This document shows, piece by piece, positions 47,651 through 58,386 of a stretch of DNA of 64,000 nucleotides. Under the pieces are notes generated by a model that was not told the DNA's origin, made no database searches, and saw only the letters and a program-made list of their open reading frames with translations. The stretch's first letter is position 1. Each line of letters begins with the position of its first letter. The translations under genes were made by a program, and so were the position numbers. This DNA comes from Candidatus Eremiobacteria bacterium (GTDB taxonomy: Bacteria > Vulcanimicrobiota > Vulcanimicrobiia > Vulcanimicrobiales > Vulcanimicrobiaceae). The stretch spans positions 448,001-512,000 of the forward strand of contig CAVWUU010000001.1 in the NCBI GenBank assembly GCA_963758295.1. The letters are read 5' to 3'.

Positions 47651-50600
47651 TTAGTGTCCGAGCGCTTTTAGTTGGGCTAGCGTTCGGGCGAGCATTGTGT
47701 TGAGCTTCGCGAATCCGGCCCGCATGTCGGCGGTGGGCGGAGCATCGGAGCTTTCCACTGCACCCTCAAGATTTCCGTAAGCATCCGAAAGGTATCGAAG
47801 GCTGTAGAAGTCTTGCGCCGGGGCGCCGACCGAATCATCCGGGTTACTCGGGTGTGTTGCTCCGAGGAGTTCGTCGCGCTGCGCCGGCGTAAGCTTCATC
47901 GAACCTGCACGCGCTTGCGCGGCTTCGATTTGGGTTTGCTTCAGCTCGATGTCGTTGGCGAGGTTGTACTGTGCTTCATACTGCGCTTGCGTCGTCGCTA
48001 GGCGGGGATCGGGAACGATCTCGATCGGTTGCGTGTACGACTTGCCATTCACGCGCATGCGAACGGTGTAGCGTCCAGGCGGAACGACGGGGCCGCCTCG
48101 ATTTTTCGCGGAGAAGTCCCACACGAAGCGATGCGCTCCCGGGTCGGCCGACGGCACGCGCGTTTGCGACAACCACCACGGCGCAATATCGACCGTTTGC
48201 GGGTTGCGCGTCCGCGGCTTGTCCGCGCTCGAAAACGTGCGCACGACATGCCCTTGGGCGTCGCTAATCTCCAGCACAACGGGCGTGGACGCGGCGCCGT
48301 TCAGTTGATAATCGAGGATCACACCGTTTGGCGGATTCTGGCCGCGCGGCTCTTCGAGTTGGATCGGCGTGCCTTCATCGAAGACGCCTTCGCCGAAACC
48401 GCCGACCCGACGGAAACGAATGGCGACTTGCGGCGCAAAGAGGAACGTGCCGGATGCCTCCGCTTTCGTCATCTGGCGGAGCGGCGTGATGTCGTCCATG
48501 ATCCAGAACGCGCGGCCGTGCGTGGCGAACGACGAGATCGTCGCCGTGCACGTCGATGTCGCGGATCGAGGTCATCGGCAGATTGCGCTGCAGCGATTGC
48601 CAGTGGTCGCCGTCGTCGAACGACACGTACATTCCGCGCTCCGTGCCCGCGTATAACAATCCGCGAAGTTTAGGATCCTCGCGAACGACGTTGACGAACG
48701 CGCCGTGCGGGATGCCGTTCGCAATCGCCGTCCACGATTTGCCGCCGTCAGTGCGTGCGATAGATGTACGGCGTGTAATCGTCCAGGCGATGGCGGTCGA
48801 TCGCCAGATACGCGCGTGTTACGATCGAAGTGCGAGGCCTCGATGATGCCGACTTTGCACCACGGGCGTCAGTCGCGCGGCGTGACGTTGTTCCAATGCG
48901 CGCCGCCGTCGTTCGTGACCCAGACCTTGCCGTCGTCGGTTCCGGCCCAGAGCAGATTCGCGTCGAAAGCGGCGAGGGCGCGATGGCGTAGACGACGCCG
49001 CGGCGCGGCAGCGCCGCCGCTGTCCGCGACGGTCGGCGCGTCGAGGTTCGGCGGATGATTCGCCTCGGTCGCCGGCGCGTCAGATCGGGACTGATCGATG
49101 CGCCAGTGTTGCCGCCGTCGCGGTACGGAAGATCTGCTGACGGCTCGAAGTAAAGCGCATGCTTATCGACCGGCGAAACGCGAGCGGCAGCGTCCAGGTA
49201 TGCCGCCAGAGCTGATCCGGATACGTCGAGCGTCGGATCGATGACTTGCTCTTGTCCGATGTCGAGATCTTCGGACGTTGTCGGTATCCGAGCCGCCGAA
49301 GACGATCGTCCGGATCTTAACGGGTCGGGCAGCGATGCTTCCGTTTTCACCGCCGACGTCGATCGGCGCGGAAATCTTGCGTCGGTAATGCTGGTCGTGT
49401 GAACGTTTGGCTCGGAACCGCCATCGCGCCGGAGTCTTGCTGCGCGCCGTAGACCCAATACGGAAAGCGGTTGTCGGTTGCTACATGATAGAACTGCGCC
49501 GTCGGCTGGTTGTACCAGGAACTCCACGTCTTGCGCGCCGTCGACGTGACAACTCGACGCCTTGATCGCTGCCCAGGATCATGCGATCGGAGTCGTCGGG
49601 ATCGATCCACAGCGTGTGATAGTCGTCGCCGCCCGGCGCGCCTTTGATTGCGTTGAACGTTTTGCCGCCGTCGTCCGAGCGATACGTCGCCGTGTCCATC
49701 ACGTAGACGACATCGGGATTTTTCGGATCGGCGGTGATGCCGCCGAAGTACCAGCCGCGCTGCCAGATGCGAACTTGATCTTTGCCGCCGGACATATGCG
49801 TCCACGTGGCGCCGCGCGTCATCGGAGCGATAGACGCCGCCGTGCGCGACGTCGCGTCCCGTATCGACCATGCGCGTAAACGCGCGACGGGTTCGAGCGG
49901 CGAGATGGTGACGCCGATGTGGCCGACGTCTTGCGGCAAGCCCGTTCGTCAGTTGCGTCCACGTTTTGCCGGCGTCCGTCGACTTGTACAAGCCCGCTGC
50001 CCGGCCCGTTGGAGGGCGGATAGACGTTCCACGGCGGACGGCGCGTTTGCCAGAGCGATGCGTAAATCGTGTCCGGGTCGCGCGGGTCCATCGCGAGGTC
50101 GATGGCGCCGGTATCGTCGTTCTTGAACAGCACTTTCGTCCACGTCGTGCCGCCGTCGGTCGACTTGAAGACGCCGCGTTCGGCGTTGGGACCGTATTGA
50201 TGACCGAGCGCGGCGACGTAGACGACGTTTGCGTCGCGCGGATCGACGAGCGATTTCCCGATTTGCCGCGTGTCGTCGAGCCCGATGTGCGCCCACGTCT
50301 TGCCGCCGTCGATGGACTTGTACATGCCGTCGCCGTACGCGATGTCGGAGCGCATGTCGGCTTCGCCGGTGCCGACGTAGATCGTCTTCGGCGTTGCTCG
50401 GCGCGACGGCGATCGCGCCGATCGAAGCATCCGGCTTGGTCGAAAATCGGATTCCAGGTGCGCCCCGCGTTAGTGCTCTCCCACACGCCGCCGTCGACCG
50501 AGCCGAAATAGAAATGCTCCGGCTGGCCCGGAACGCCGGTCACCGCCAGCGCGCGGCCGCCGCGAAACGGTCCGATGAGGCGCCACGAGAGCGAATTCAA

Positions 50601-50708
50601 TGAAGAGGCATCAACATGCGCCAAGCCCGCGCTTTGCGCCGCCGCCGGCATACCGGCGACCGGCGCTAAAAATAGTACTGCAAGCGCACCACACAATAAA
50701 CGTCGCAT
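47651..50708 (-). CDS. Secreted BNR/VPS10-type beta-propeller (glycosyl hydrolase-like; frameshifted)
   Basis: WRLIGPFRGGR, repeated S.DGG.TW Asp-boxes, GGDDYHTLWIDP, QPTAQFYHV. Confidence 0.85.
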
Positions 50709-51088
50709 TGTCTGGTGCTACTCGCTTTTGTTTTATTAGGCCTCTACTGCCAGGGCTCACTCGTCGAAACGCAGGCCGTCACTGCTCCTCGCCTTTGCCG
50801 CCCAAAACTTGCAGGCTTCGCCGATCGCGCGATTTTCGATGGGAACTAAATACGCAGCTCCTTTCGATCGTCAATGGACAACTTATGACCGTCAAACGAG
50901 ACGGAGGAGCGCTTGCGAACCAGATCGACCCATTGGACGAGGAGCGCCGCATCAACAATCGCCATTACATAACGAAACGCACAAGATCGTGAACGCAAGG
51001 TTCCACCAGCGTGGCGTCGCCGGAAAGTTGGTAGAATAGCTTTAACGTCCGCGACAAAAGCAATTTCGCGCGGTTCGTTTGCGCTAGT

Positions 51089-52111
51089 CTACCAGCCGCC
51101 GCCGGAATCTCCGCCGCCGCCACCGCCGAAGCCTCCGCCGGAATCACCGCCGCCGAAACCTCCGCCGCTCCAGTCGCCCGAACTCGAGCTGCCCATGTCG
51201 GCTTGACCCGCGTCGTTGCCCCAACCGGAAGCATCGCCGCCACCCCAGCCGCCGCCCTGGTCGCCTTGAACGACGTTGCCGGAGCCGGGATCTACGATAT
51301 TCGCGCCGCCGCGGTTACCGAAGAGTTCGTTACCGAGGAACGCACCGCCGAGACCGCCGAGCAGGCCGCTCCAGAATCCGCCGCCACCGCCGCCGTAATA
51401 GCCGGGGCCGTAGCCGCCCGGTCCACCGTAGCCCGGACCGCTCATTGGCGCTCCGCCCGGTCCCGCACCGGGGCCGCCATAGTAGCGCGGACCCGAAGCT
51501 GCGCGCATGATCGAACGAAGGATCATGAATCCACCAATGATGATGATGATCCACCAGAACATCGAAATATGTACTCCTGAATTTTGTCGCACGTAACCGC
51601 GCGATGCCGTGGCCGGATAGTTATACGCGCGGTTTCCCGAATTTGCATCGGGCGCGCTGCTCAAGTGCGCGCGAAAGATGTCGAGCACGCCGTTGACAGC
51701 GGTCGTGATGCCGCCGTCGTAATCGCCGTCACGGAATTGCGATTCCATCGATTGGCGAATCGACGTCGTCGTCGCGGCGGGAAAAAATGCCGCCGTCGCA
51801 CCGCCCGGAACGATGATGTCTTTGCGGTCGTCCTTCGCAATGTAGATCAGAACGCCGTTGACTTGTTGTTGCGAAAAGGCTTTTTGCGCTGCGCTCTGCA
51901 GCGTATCGCCGCCGAGTGACGCAACGGTAACAACAACGACTTGTTTGCCGGTTTGCGCGTTGAAGTTTGCGATGGTGTTGTTCAGCTGCGCGACCGTGCC
52001 GGGCGAAAACATCGCGGCGCCGTCCTGAACGAACGACGTAGCCGCGGTGGCCGGCAGGGCCCCGAGCAGCATCCCGATGGCGAGCGCAAGACCTGCGCTA
52101 AGGCGTTTCAT
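51089..52111 (-). CDS. TPM-domain membrane protein with Gly-rich tail
   Basis: Signal peptide, VQDGAAMFS..TGKQVVVVTV..FRDGDYDGG, TM helix, C-terminal GGGDSGGGW. Confidence 0.85.
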   Translation of the reverse strand: MKRLSAGLALAIGMLLGALPATAATSFVQDGAAMFSPGTVAQLNNTIANFNAQTGKQVVVVTVASLGGDTLQSAAQKAFSQQQVNGVLIYIAKDDRKDIIVPGGATAAFFPAATTTSIRQSMESQFRDGDYDGGITTAVNGVLDIFRAHLSSAPDANSGNRAYNYPATASRGYVRQNSGVHISMFWWIIIIIGGFMILRSIMRAASGPRYYGGPGAGPGGAPMSGPGYGGPGGYGPGYYGGGGGGFWSGLLGGLGGAFLGNELFGNRGGANIVDPGSGNVVQGDQGGGWGGGDASGWGNDAGQADMGSSSSGDWSGGGFGGGDSGGGFGGGGGGDSGGGW

Positions 52112-52169
52112 AGTTGGATGTTGTTCCTCCGAAAGCTACTATCGCGGGACGGGAGCCGTGTTTCAGGAG

Positions 52170-52355
52170 CTAGCGGTTGCCCAGGCCGCCGATAAGCACG
52201 ACGCCGCCTGCCACGCTGAACACGAAGATGGCAAGAAAAATCCACACGCCGATTTTCAACCAGATGCTGCGGCGGTCGCGCGTGCCGCCGGCTTCCCGTT
52301 CATGGGCTTCACGCGGTTTGCGGGGATCGCGAGTGTTGCGGTGACGGTTGCTCAC
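52170..52355 (-). CDS. Small single-pass membrane protein
   Basis: GTGA overlap with the rsfS stop; basic N-terminus plus a hydrophobic helix. Confidence 0.55.
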   Translation of the reverse strand: MSNRHRNTRDPRKPREAHEREAGGTRDRRSIWLKIGVWIFLAIFVFSVAGGVVLIGGLGNR

Positions 52356-52684
52356 GATTCCTGTGCTTGCCGGGCCTCGAGGGCGCTCCAGAGCCGCTCG
52401 AGATTGTAGAATTGCCGCTGGTCCGCCGTAAAGACGTGCACGATGACGTGCCCTAAATCGATCAGAATCCACGTTCCGTCGCTGTAGCCTTCCATGCGCG
52501 TAACGGTATGGCCCGATTCTTCGACCTTCTCGACGATAGCATCGGCAATCGCTCGAGTTTGAACTTTCGAGCGCCCGGTGACGAGCGCGAACGTATCGGC
52601 TAAAATCGTTCGTCCGCTAACGTCGATGGTAGTGAAATCTTCTCCCTTTTTGTCGAGCGCGGCGTCGCGCACGATCTCGATCAA
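52352..52684 (-). CDS. rsfS: Ribosome silencing factor
   Basis: DKKGED..AD.F..EG..WILIDLGHVIVHVF..R.FYNLERLW. Confidence 0.95.
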   Translation of the reverse strand: MIEIVRDAALDKKGEDFTTIDVSGRTILADTFALVTGRSKVQTRAIADAIVEKVEESGHTVTRMEGYSDGTWILIDLGHVIVHVFTADQRQFYNLERLWSALEARQAQES

Positions 52685-53271
52685 TTCAGCGATGTCTTAA
52701 CCTCCCCAAGGTCTACTCCGAAGTGCCGGGCAGCGGCCGCGGTTTGCGGCGCGACGGCCAGACCCTTCTTTCCAAAATACTCCAACGATTGCTGCAGCGT
52801 CACACGCATTCCGTCGGCAAGATTACGTTCGGCCGTCTGCCAAAGTTCGGCGCGCTCCGGAAACGTGCGGCCCGGTTCCAGGCCGTCGGCCAGGAAAAGC
52901 ACGCAATCAAGCGGCGACATGTGCTCCGCGGCCAGCGTATGCTTTTCGATCGCGGAGAGAATGTCGGGGTCGTGAACGGCAAAGCCCTCCTGCGCAATGC
53001 GCGCTCCGAGGCGGGCGTGAAGCACGATCGGGTTTTCTCGCTCGAACGGATCGATCTCCATCTGGCGCATTTCACATTCGGCGAGAAGACGGTCCGTGCT
53101 GTAGAGACGCGCAAGATCGTGAAGCATTCCGGCCAGGCGCGCTTTTGCGGCACTTACGCCGTGTTGCACGGCGAGCAACTCCGCCGAGCGCGCAACGCGA
53201 ACGACGTGGGCGTAACGATGCTGCTGCTCTAAATGGGCGCGAACGCGTTGCGCCAAATCGATGTACCGCAA
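52681..53271 (-). CDS. yqeK: HD-domain symmetrical Ap4A hydrolase YqeK
   Basis: RYAHVVRV, LHDLAR, LHARLG, HT and ADGLEPGR; adjacent to rsfS. Confidence 0.85.
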   Translation of the reverse strand: MRYIDLAQRVRAHLEQQHRYAHVVRVARSAELLAVQHGVSAAKARLAGMLHDLARLYSTDRLLAECEMRQMEIDPFERENPIVLHARLGARIAQEGFAVHDPDILSAIEKHTLAAEHMSPLDCVLFLADGLEPGRTFPERAELWQTAERNLADGMRVTLQQSLEYFGKKGLAVAPQTAAAARHFGVDLGEVKTSLN

Positions 53272-53279
53272 AACCCCGC

Positions 53280-53819
53280 CTACGTGCCGAGGCGGGAACG
53301 CAGCGCGTGCAAACGCGTGCGATAGAGTTCGCCCTTGAGGTTCCCGGCCCACATCACCATCGCGTTTTCGTTGTTATCGCTGTAATAGCCCTTACGCGTC
53401 GTTACGGTAGTGAACCCGTACTTGCGATACAGCTGCTGCGCGACGACGTTGCTTTCTCGCACTTCCAGCGTCATCCAGGCCGCGCCGCGCTCGATGGCTT
53501 CGGCGATCAAATGCACGAGCATCAATTCGCCAAGCTTGCGTCCACGGAAGGCTTCATCAACCGCAATCGTGGTGACGTGCGAGTCTTCGAAGATGACCCA
53601 GATGCCGCCGTACGCGACAATTTTCGAACCGATGCGTCCAACGAAATAGTGCGCGAGTTTGTTCGTGTTGAGTTCGTTGTAGAACGCGTCCGACGGCCAT
53701 GTGGTAGAAAACGACGAACGCTCGATCCGGCACACTTCCGAAATATCGGCGACCGACATGGCTGCGATCTCCATGCGTTCGGAGTCGCCGGCTTCCGAAG
53801 CCGTTAGTTCGGCTTTCAT
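53280..53819 (-). CDS. rimI: Ribosomal protein S18 alanine N-acetyltransferase
   Basis: HVTTIAV..RGRKLG, TLEVRESN..LY.KYGF..RKGYY; located after tsaB. Confidence 0.9.
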   Translation of the reverse strand: MKAELTASEAGDSERMEIAAMSVADISEVCRIERSSFSTTWPSDAFYNELNTNKLAHYFVGRIGSKIVAYGGIWVIFEDSHVTTIAVDEAFRGRKLGELMLVHLIAEAIERGAAWMTLEVRESNVVAQQLYRKYGFTTVTTRKGYYSDNNENAMVMWAGNLKGELYRTRLHALRSRLGT

Positions 53820-54487
53820 GATTGCCGCCGCAGCGTCCGAAGCTGCGGAACTTTGGCGGCCGGCAGTTCACCGTAATCGGCGCGCACTTCGTGAGAGCTC
53901 GCGGCGGCGCGAAACTCACCGCCCGCGAGGGCGGCAGCTGCGGCGGCTGGCGTTACGGCGGCGCTACGTCGCTCCACTACCCGGCCGCCTTCGGCAAGCG
54001 CGGCAAGTACGTCCTCCGGAGCGTTGACTGCAATCAATGCTTTTTCTTCCGCCGGCAGCACTTCGGCGAGGACCTCGTTAACCGGGCCGGACGCGCGACG
54101 GATGCCATCGCCGGACCGGTAACGCGCCGAGATAATTCCTGGACGGCCGACGACCACGGTAAACGCTTCCCGCAAATCGTCAATGCCGAATTCCAGCAGA
54201 TCGAAAGAGGAAATCGGAACCAGCGGGACGTTCCAAGCTTGCGCGAGCGACTTCGCGTAGGCGACCGTGATTCGCAGTCCCGTAAAGCCCCCGGGGCCGA
54301 TACCGACGGCGATGCGGTCCAGCTGCGAACCACGTAGTTGCGCCGACGCCAGGACCTCGGCGACCGCGGCGAGGCCTGCTTCAAGGGCGACGTTGCCGGC
54401 TTGCGCCCGCGCTGCGACGACGCTCCCATCGACCGCTACGGCCGCCGAGAATTCGCCAAGGGCGCCCTCGATGCCGAGCACCTTCAC
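53816..54487 (-). CDS. tsaB: t6A biosynthesis protein TsaB
   Basis: IAVGIGPGGFTGLRI motif. Confidence 0.9.
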   Translation of the reverse strand: MKVLGIEGALGEFSAAVAVDGSVVAARAQAGNVALEAGLAAVAEVLASAQLRGSQLDRIAVGIGPGGFTGLRITVAYAKSLAQAWNVPLVPISSFDLLEFGIDDLREAFTVVVGRPGIISARYRSGDGIRRASGPVNEVLAEVLPAEEKALIAVNAPEDVLAALAEGGRVVERRSAAVTPAAAAAALAGGEFRAAASSHEVRADYGELPAAKVPQLRTLRRQS

Positions 54488-54924
54488 CGCGTGCGCTCGA
54501 TTGAAACGGCGCGCGGTGCATCGCCGGATCCCGCGATGGTGACCTCGTAGTGATCCGCGGGAAGCAATCCCGGGGCATGCGTCCACCACTCGATGAACAC
54601 AATCGAGCTGCCGTCGAAAACCTCGTCCAGCCCCAGTTCGTTCATCTCTCGCGGATCATCGATGCGGTACAGGTCGAGATGGTCGATCGGCGGCTCGCCC
54701 GGATAGCGGTGCCAGAACGCGAAGGTCGGGCTCGTAGTTTGATCGAGTGCGTGGCGCTCGGACACGGCGGCGCGGACGAATGTTGTTTTGCCTGCGCCAA
54801 GCTCGCCGGACAGCGCCACGACATCGCCCGCTTCAAGCGTGCGCGCAAACGTGGCGGCAAACGCTTGGAAGTCCGCTAGGCTGGAAAGAGTGCAAGCGCT
54901 CGGCGCGGCGAAGCTATCGGCCAT
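54484..54924 (-). CDS. tsaE: t6A biosynthesis ATPase TsaE
   Basis: GELGAGKTTF, SPTF, HLDLYRI, IEW. Confidence 0.93.
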   Translation of the reverse strand: MADSFAAPSACTLSSLADFQAFAATFARTLEAGDVVALSGELGAGKTTFVRAAVSERHALDQTTSPTFAFWHRYPGEPPIDHLDLYRIDDPREMNELGLDEVFDGSSIVFIEWWTHAPGLLPADHYEVTIAGSGDAPRAVSIERTR

Positions 54925-55285
54925 GTCGACCGCCGATTTCGGAGCGGAGCTGCACCAGTCCGTTCAACTTTATTTGGTAACTATCGCCGCGCTGGCTAGC
55001 GATGCTAAAACGCGAATCGCCGACGGCATTGCGGGCATCCGGCCGCCGCCCGCCGAGCCGCCCTTTGTCGCAGCGCCTGCCGAGCCGTCCGCAGCGCCGC
55101 GATACACGGTGTCGTTCGACGACGTCTACGAGCCGCCGGTCGCGATGGTAAACTTCGACGGAGATCCGGCGTTTGCGTCGGCCGGCACGCCGGGTCCCGA
55201 GTCGCAACCGGCTGTTTCCTTTGATGAGTTATTCTCCGGGGAAGTCGAGAGCGCCGGGATCCCCGTGTGGGAAGACCCGGGTTAA
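54923..55285 (+). CDS. Hypothetical acidic/Pro-rich protein
   Basis: Open frame with protein-like composition upstream of gyrA; start uncertain. Confidence 0.4.
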   Translation: MSTADFGAELHQSVQLYLVTIAALASDAKTRIADGIAGIRPPPAEPPFVAAPAEPSAAPRYTVSFDDVYEPPVAMVNFDGDPAFASAGTPGPESQPAVSFDELFSGEVESAGIPVWEDPG

Positions 55286-55400
55286 AGCGCGAATTATCTT
55301 CTAAACTCGTGGCTGAGCCGCCTTAGGTTCAGCACTCCATTCCTGCGAGCTAATTGCCACACGAACGTGGGCGATTGGCTTGCTGTTCGTAAGACAGTAG

Positions 55401-57911
55401 ATGCATAACGATATCATCCAACAGGTCAACGTCGAAGATGAAATGCGAGAGAGCTATCTCTCGTATGCTATGTCCGTCATTGCCTCGCGCGCTCTTCCGG
55501 ATGTGCGCGACGGCCTGAAGCCCGTGCAACGCCGCATCCTCTACGCGATGCGCGACATGGGGATGGAACCTTCGAAGCAGCACCGCAAGTGCGCCGGTAT
55601 CATCGGCGAAGTGCTCAAGAGCTATCACCCTCACGGCGACAGCTCGGTGTACGACGCGCTCGTGCGCATGGCGCAAGACTTCACACTGCGCTACCCGCTC
55701 ATCGACGGCCACGGCAACTTCGGCTCGATCGATCCCGATCCGCCGGCTGCCTATCGTTACACGGAAGCGCGTTTGGCGCGTCCGTCGCTCGACGTTCTCG
55801 CGGACATCGATAAAGAAACCGTTCCGTTCGTTCCGAACTTTGACAACCAGGGCATGGAACCGTCGGTGCTCCCGGGCAAGCTGCCGCAGTTGCTGCTAAA
55901 CGGTTCGAGCGGTATCGCGGTCGGCATGGCAACGAACATTCCGCCGCACAACTTGAGCGAAATCTCCGACGCCATCGTCGCGATCATCGACGATCCGAAC
56001 GTCGAGGACGACAAGCTGTGCGACATCGTCAAAGGCCCCGACTTCCCGACCGGTGGCACAATTCTCGGTCAAGAAGCGATTCGCGAAGCGTATAAGACAG
56101 GACGCGGTTCGATCACGATTCGTGGCAAGGCTGAAATTATCGAAGAAAAAGGCCGCCACAAGATCGTCATCACCGAGATTCCGTATCAAGTTTATAAGGG
56201 CCGCATCGTTGAGGCGATCGCGGAAGCCCACTCGGAAAAGCGCATCACCGGTATTGCGCGTCTTGACGACGAGTCGAACCGCAAGGGTATGAAAGTCGTC
56301 GTTGAGCTGCAAAAGAGCGCCACGCCGAAGGTCGTGCTAAATCAGCTCTTCAAGCACACGCCGCTGCAGTCGAGCTTCGGCTTCAACATGCTCGCGCTTG
56401 TGCCGGTGGGTGAACAGCGTGCTGACGGTTCGGTTGCACTCGAACCTCAAGTGCTCAGCCTCAAGCAGCTGCTCGAGCATTTCATCACGCACCGTAAGGA
56501 CGTCGTCACGCGGCGCACGCGCTACGATCTCCGCAAGGCCGAAGAACGCGCCCATTTGCTCGAAGGCTACCGTATTGCGCTCGACAACATCGATGAAGTC
56601 ATCGAGATCGTTCGCGGGAGCCAAACGACCGACGAAGCGAAGACCAAACTTTCGGCGCGCTTCGGGCTTTCGGACATTCAGTCGCAAGCGATCGTCGACA
56701 TGCGTCTGCGTACGCTCGTCGGCCTCGAACGGCAGAAGATCGAAGACGAGTATAACGAACTGATCAAGCTCATTGCGGAGCTTCAGGATATTTTGAACAG
56801 CCCGCTTCGCATCGCGCAAATCGTCAAAACGGAAACGCTCGACGTAAAGAAGCGTTTCGGCGACGAGCGTCGCACCGACGTGCAGCCGGCTGAAGACGAA
56901 ATTTCGATGGAACAGCTCGTTCCGAACGTCGACGTCGTCGTGACGTATACCGTCGGCGGCTACATCAAACGCGTGTCGATCGACACCTTCCGCACGCAAA
57001 ATCGCGGGGGACGCGGCGTAACCGGCATCTCGAATCTCAAGCGCGAAGACGTTGTACGTAACTTCTTCATCACGAAAACGCACGACCACGTCCTGTTTTT
57101 CACGAATAAGGGACGCGTCTATCGCCTGCGTGGCTACGAAATTCCGGATACCACGCGTCAGGCGCGCGGAACGGCACTCGTCAATCTGTTGACGCTGCCG
57201 CCGGGCGAATACGTTACGGCCGTCTTCCCGATCGACAAGTTCGAAGGCGAGAAGTACCTCGTGATGATTACCGAGAAGGGCGTCATCAAGAAGACGAAGC
57301 TCGAAGAATTTTCGAACGTTCGCCGCAACGGTCTCAACGCCATCAACTTAGACGAAGGCGACAATCTCCTCGGCGTCGATCTCTCGGACGGTTCGCGAGA
57401 CATCATTTTGGCGTCGCGCAACGGCATGGCGGTCCATTTCAACGAAAAAGACGTTCGCGGTATGGGCCGCAATGCTCGCGGCGTGAAAGCAATGACGCTT
57501 GAGGGCAACGACGGCATCATCGCGATGGACGTTATCGAAGACGCGCGCCGCGAAGTGCTCCTTGTCACCTCACAAGCGTTCGGTAAACGAACCCCGATCG
57601 ACGACTACCGCCACACGTCGCGCGGCGGCAAGGGTGTGAAGGCGTTCGCAAAGGAGCGCGAGGACATCGGCCAGGTCGTCGACCAGATCATGGTCAATGC
57701 CGACGACGAGCTCCTGATGATCACCAGCGGCAACCAAGTGATCCGCCTCAAGGTTTCCGACATCCGCAAGGCCGGACGCTCCACTAAGGGCGTACGCCTG
57801 CAGCGGCTCGGCGAGGGCGACGAAGTGATCGCCATCACGAACCTCGGGAAGCAAGCGAAGCAGATCACCGACATTACGGGCGAGCCGGTCGAAGGGCCCT
57901 CCGCAACCTAG
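55401..57911 (+). CDS. gyrA: DNA gyrase subunit A
   Basis: [26 protein letters not shown], GyrA box QNRGGRG and beta-pinwheel C-terminal repeats. Confidence 0.98.
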   Translation: MHNDIIQQVNVEDEMRESYLSYAMSVIASRALPDVRDGLKPVQRRILYAMRDMGMEPSKQHRKCAGIIGEVLKSYHPHGDSSVYDALVRMAQDFTLRYPLIDGHGNFGSIDPDPPAAYRYTEARLARPSLDVLADIDKETVPFVPNFDNQGMEPSVLPGKLPQLLLNGSSGIAVGMATNIPPHNLSEISDAIVAIIDDPNVEDDKLCDIVKGPDFPTGGTILGQEAIREAYKTGRGSITIRGKAEIIEEKGRHKIVITEIPYQVYKGRIVEAIAEAHSEKRITGIARLDDESNRKGMKVVVELQKSATPKVVLNQLFKHTPLQSSFGFNMLALVPVGEQRADGSVALEPQVLSLKQLLEHFITHRKDVVTRRTRYDLRKAEERAHLLEGYRIALDNIDEVIEIVRGSQTTDEAKTKLSARFGLSDIQSQAIVDMRLRTLVGLERQKIEDEYNELIKLIAELQDILNSPLRIAQIVKTETLDVKKRFGDERRTDVQPAEDEISMEQLVPNVDVVVTYTVGGYIKRVSIDTFRTQNRGGRGVTGISNLKREDVVRNFFITKTHDHVLFFTNKGRVYRLRGYEIPDTTRQARGTALVNLLTLPPGEYVTAVFPIDKFEGEKYLVMITEKGVIKKTKLEEFSNVRRNGLNAINLDEGDNLLGVDLSDGSRDIILASRNGMAVHFNEKDVRGMGRNARGVKAMTLEGNDGIIAMDVIEDARREVLLVTSQAFGKRTPIDDYRHTSRGGKGVKAFAKEREDIGQVVDQIMVNADDELLMITSGNQVIRLKVSDIRKAGRSTKGVRLQRLGEGDEVIAITNLGKQAKQITDITGEPVEGPSAT

Positions 57912-57958
57912 GCGCGTACCGTAGTGGTCAAAGCATTCGGAGGATATGAAGTAGTTTC

Positions 57959-58285
57959 ATGAGCGCATTGCCAGACGTAACACAAACCAATTTCCAGAAC
58001 GAAGTTCTGCAGAACGGTCAGCCCGTTCTCGTAGACTTCTGGGCACCGTGGTGCGGCCCGTGCCGGATGCTGTCGCCGGTCGTAGAGAAAGTTGCGGCCG
58101 CGAACACGGGCAAAGCGAAGTTCGTGAAACTCAACACGGACGAGAACCCGAATATTGCGGGTCAGTATCAGGTCTCCGGCATTCCGTGTCTGATCCTGTT
58201 CAAGGACGGTCAGCCCGTCGATCGCATCGTGGGCTACGTTCCCGAGAACGTCATCACGTCGATGCTCAGCAAGCACGTCGCCTAG
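57959..58285 (+). CDS. trxA: Thioredoxin
   Basis: DFWAPWCGPC. Confidence 0.97.
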   Translation: MSALPDVTQTNFQNEVLQNGQPVLVDFWAPWCGPCRMLSPVVEKVAAANTGKAKFVKLNTDENPNIAGQYQVSGIPCLILFKDGQPVDRIVGYVPENVITSMLSKHVA

Positions 58286-58386
58286 AAGCGCCCGATTTCC
58301 GCCATGTCGTCGTTGCCGGGCGCTTTATTTCCCCAAGGAAACCGCAGCGCCCGGCGCCTAGACCTGACGAAAATCGAGCACTTCTA

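Noticed and set aside
50720..51080. Small ORF or ncRNA between the BNR and TPM genes
   Set aside because: No convincing motif, RBS/ORF pairing or structure.
58048..58386. N-terminal extension of SelA
   Set aside because: It is an off-frame read-through of trxA; SelA similarity starts near the GTG at 58387.
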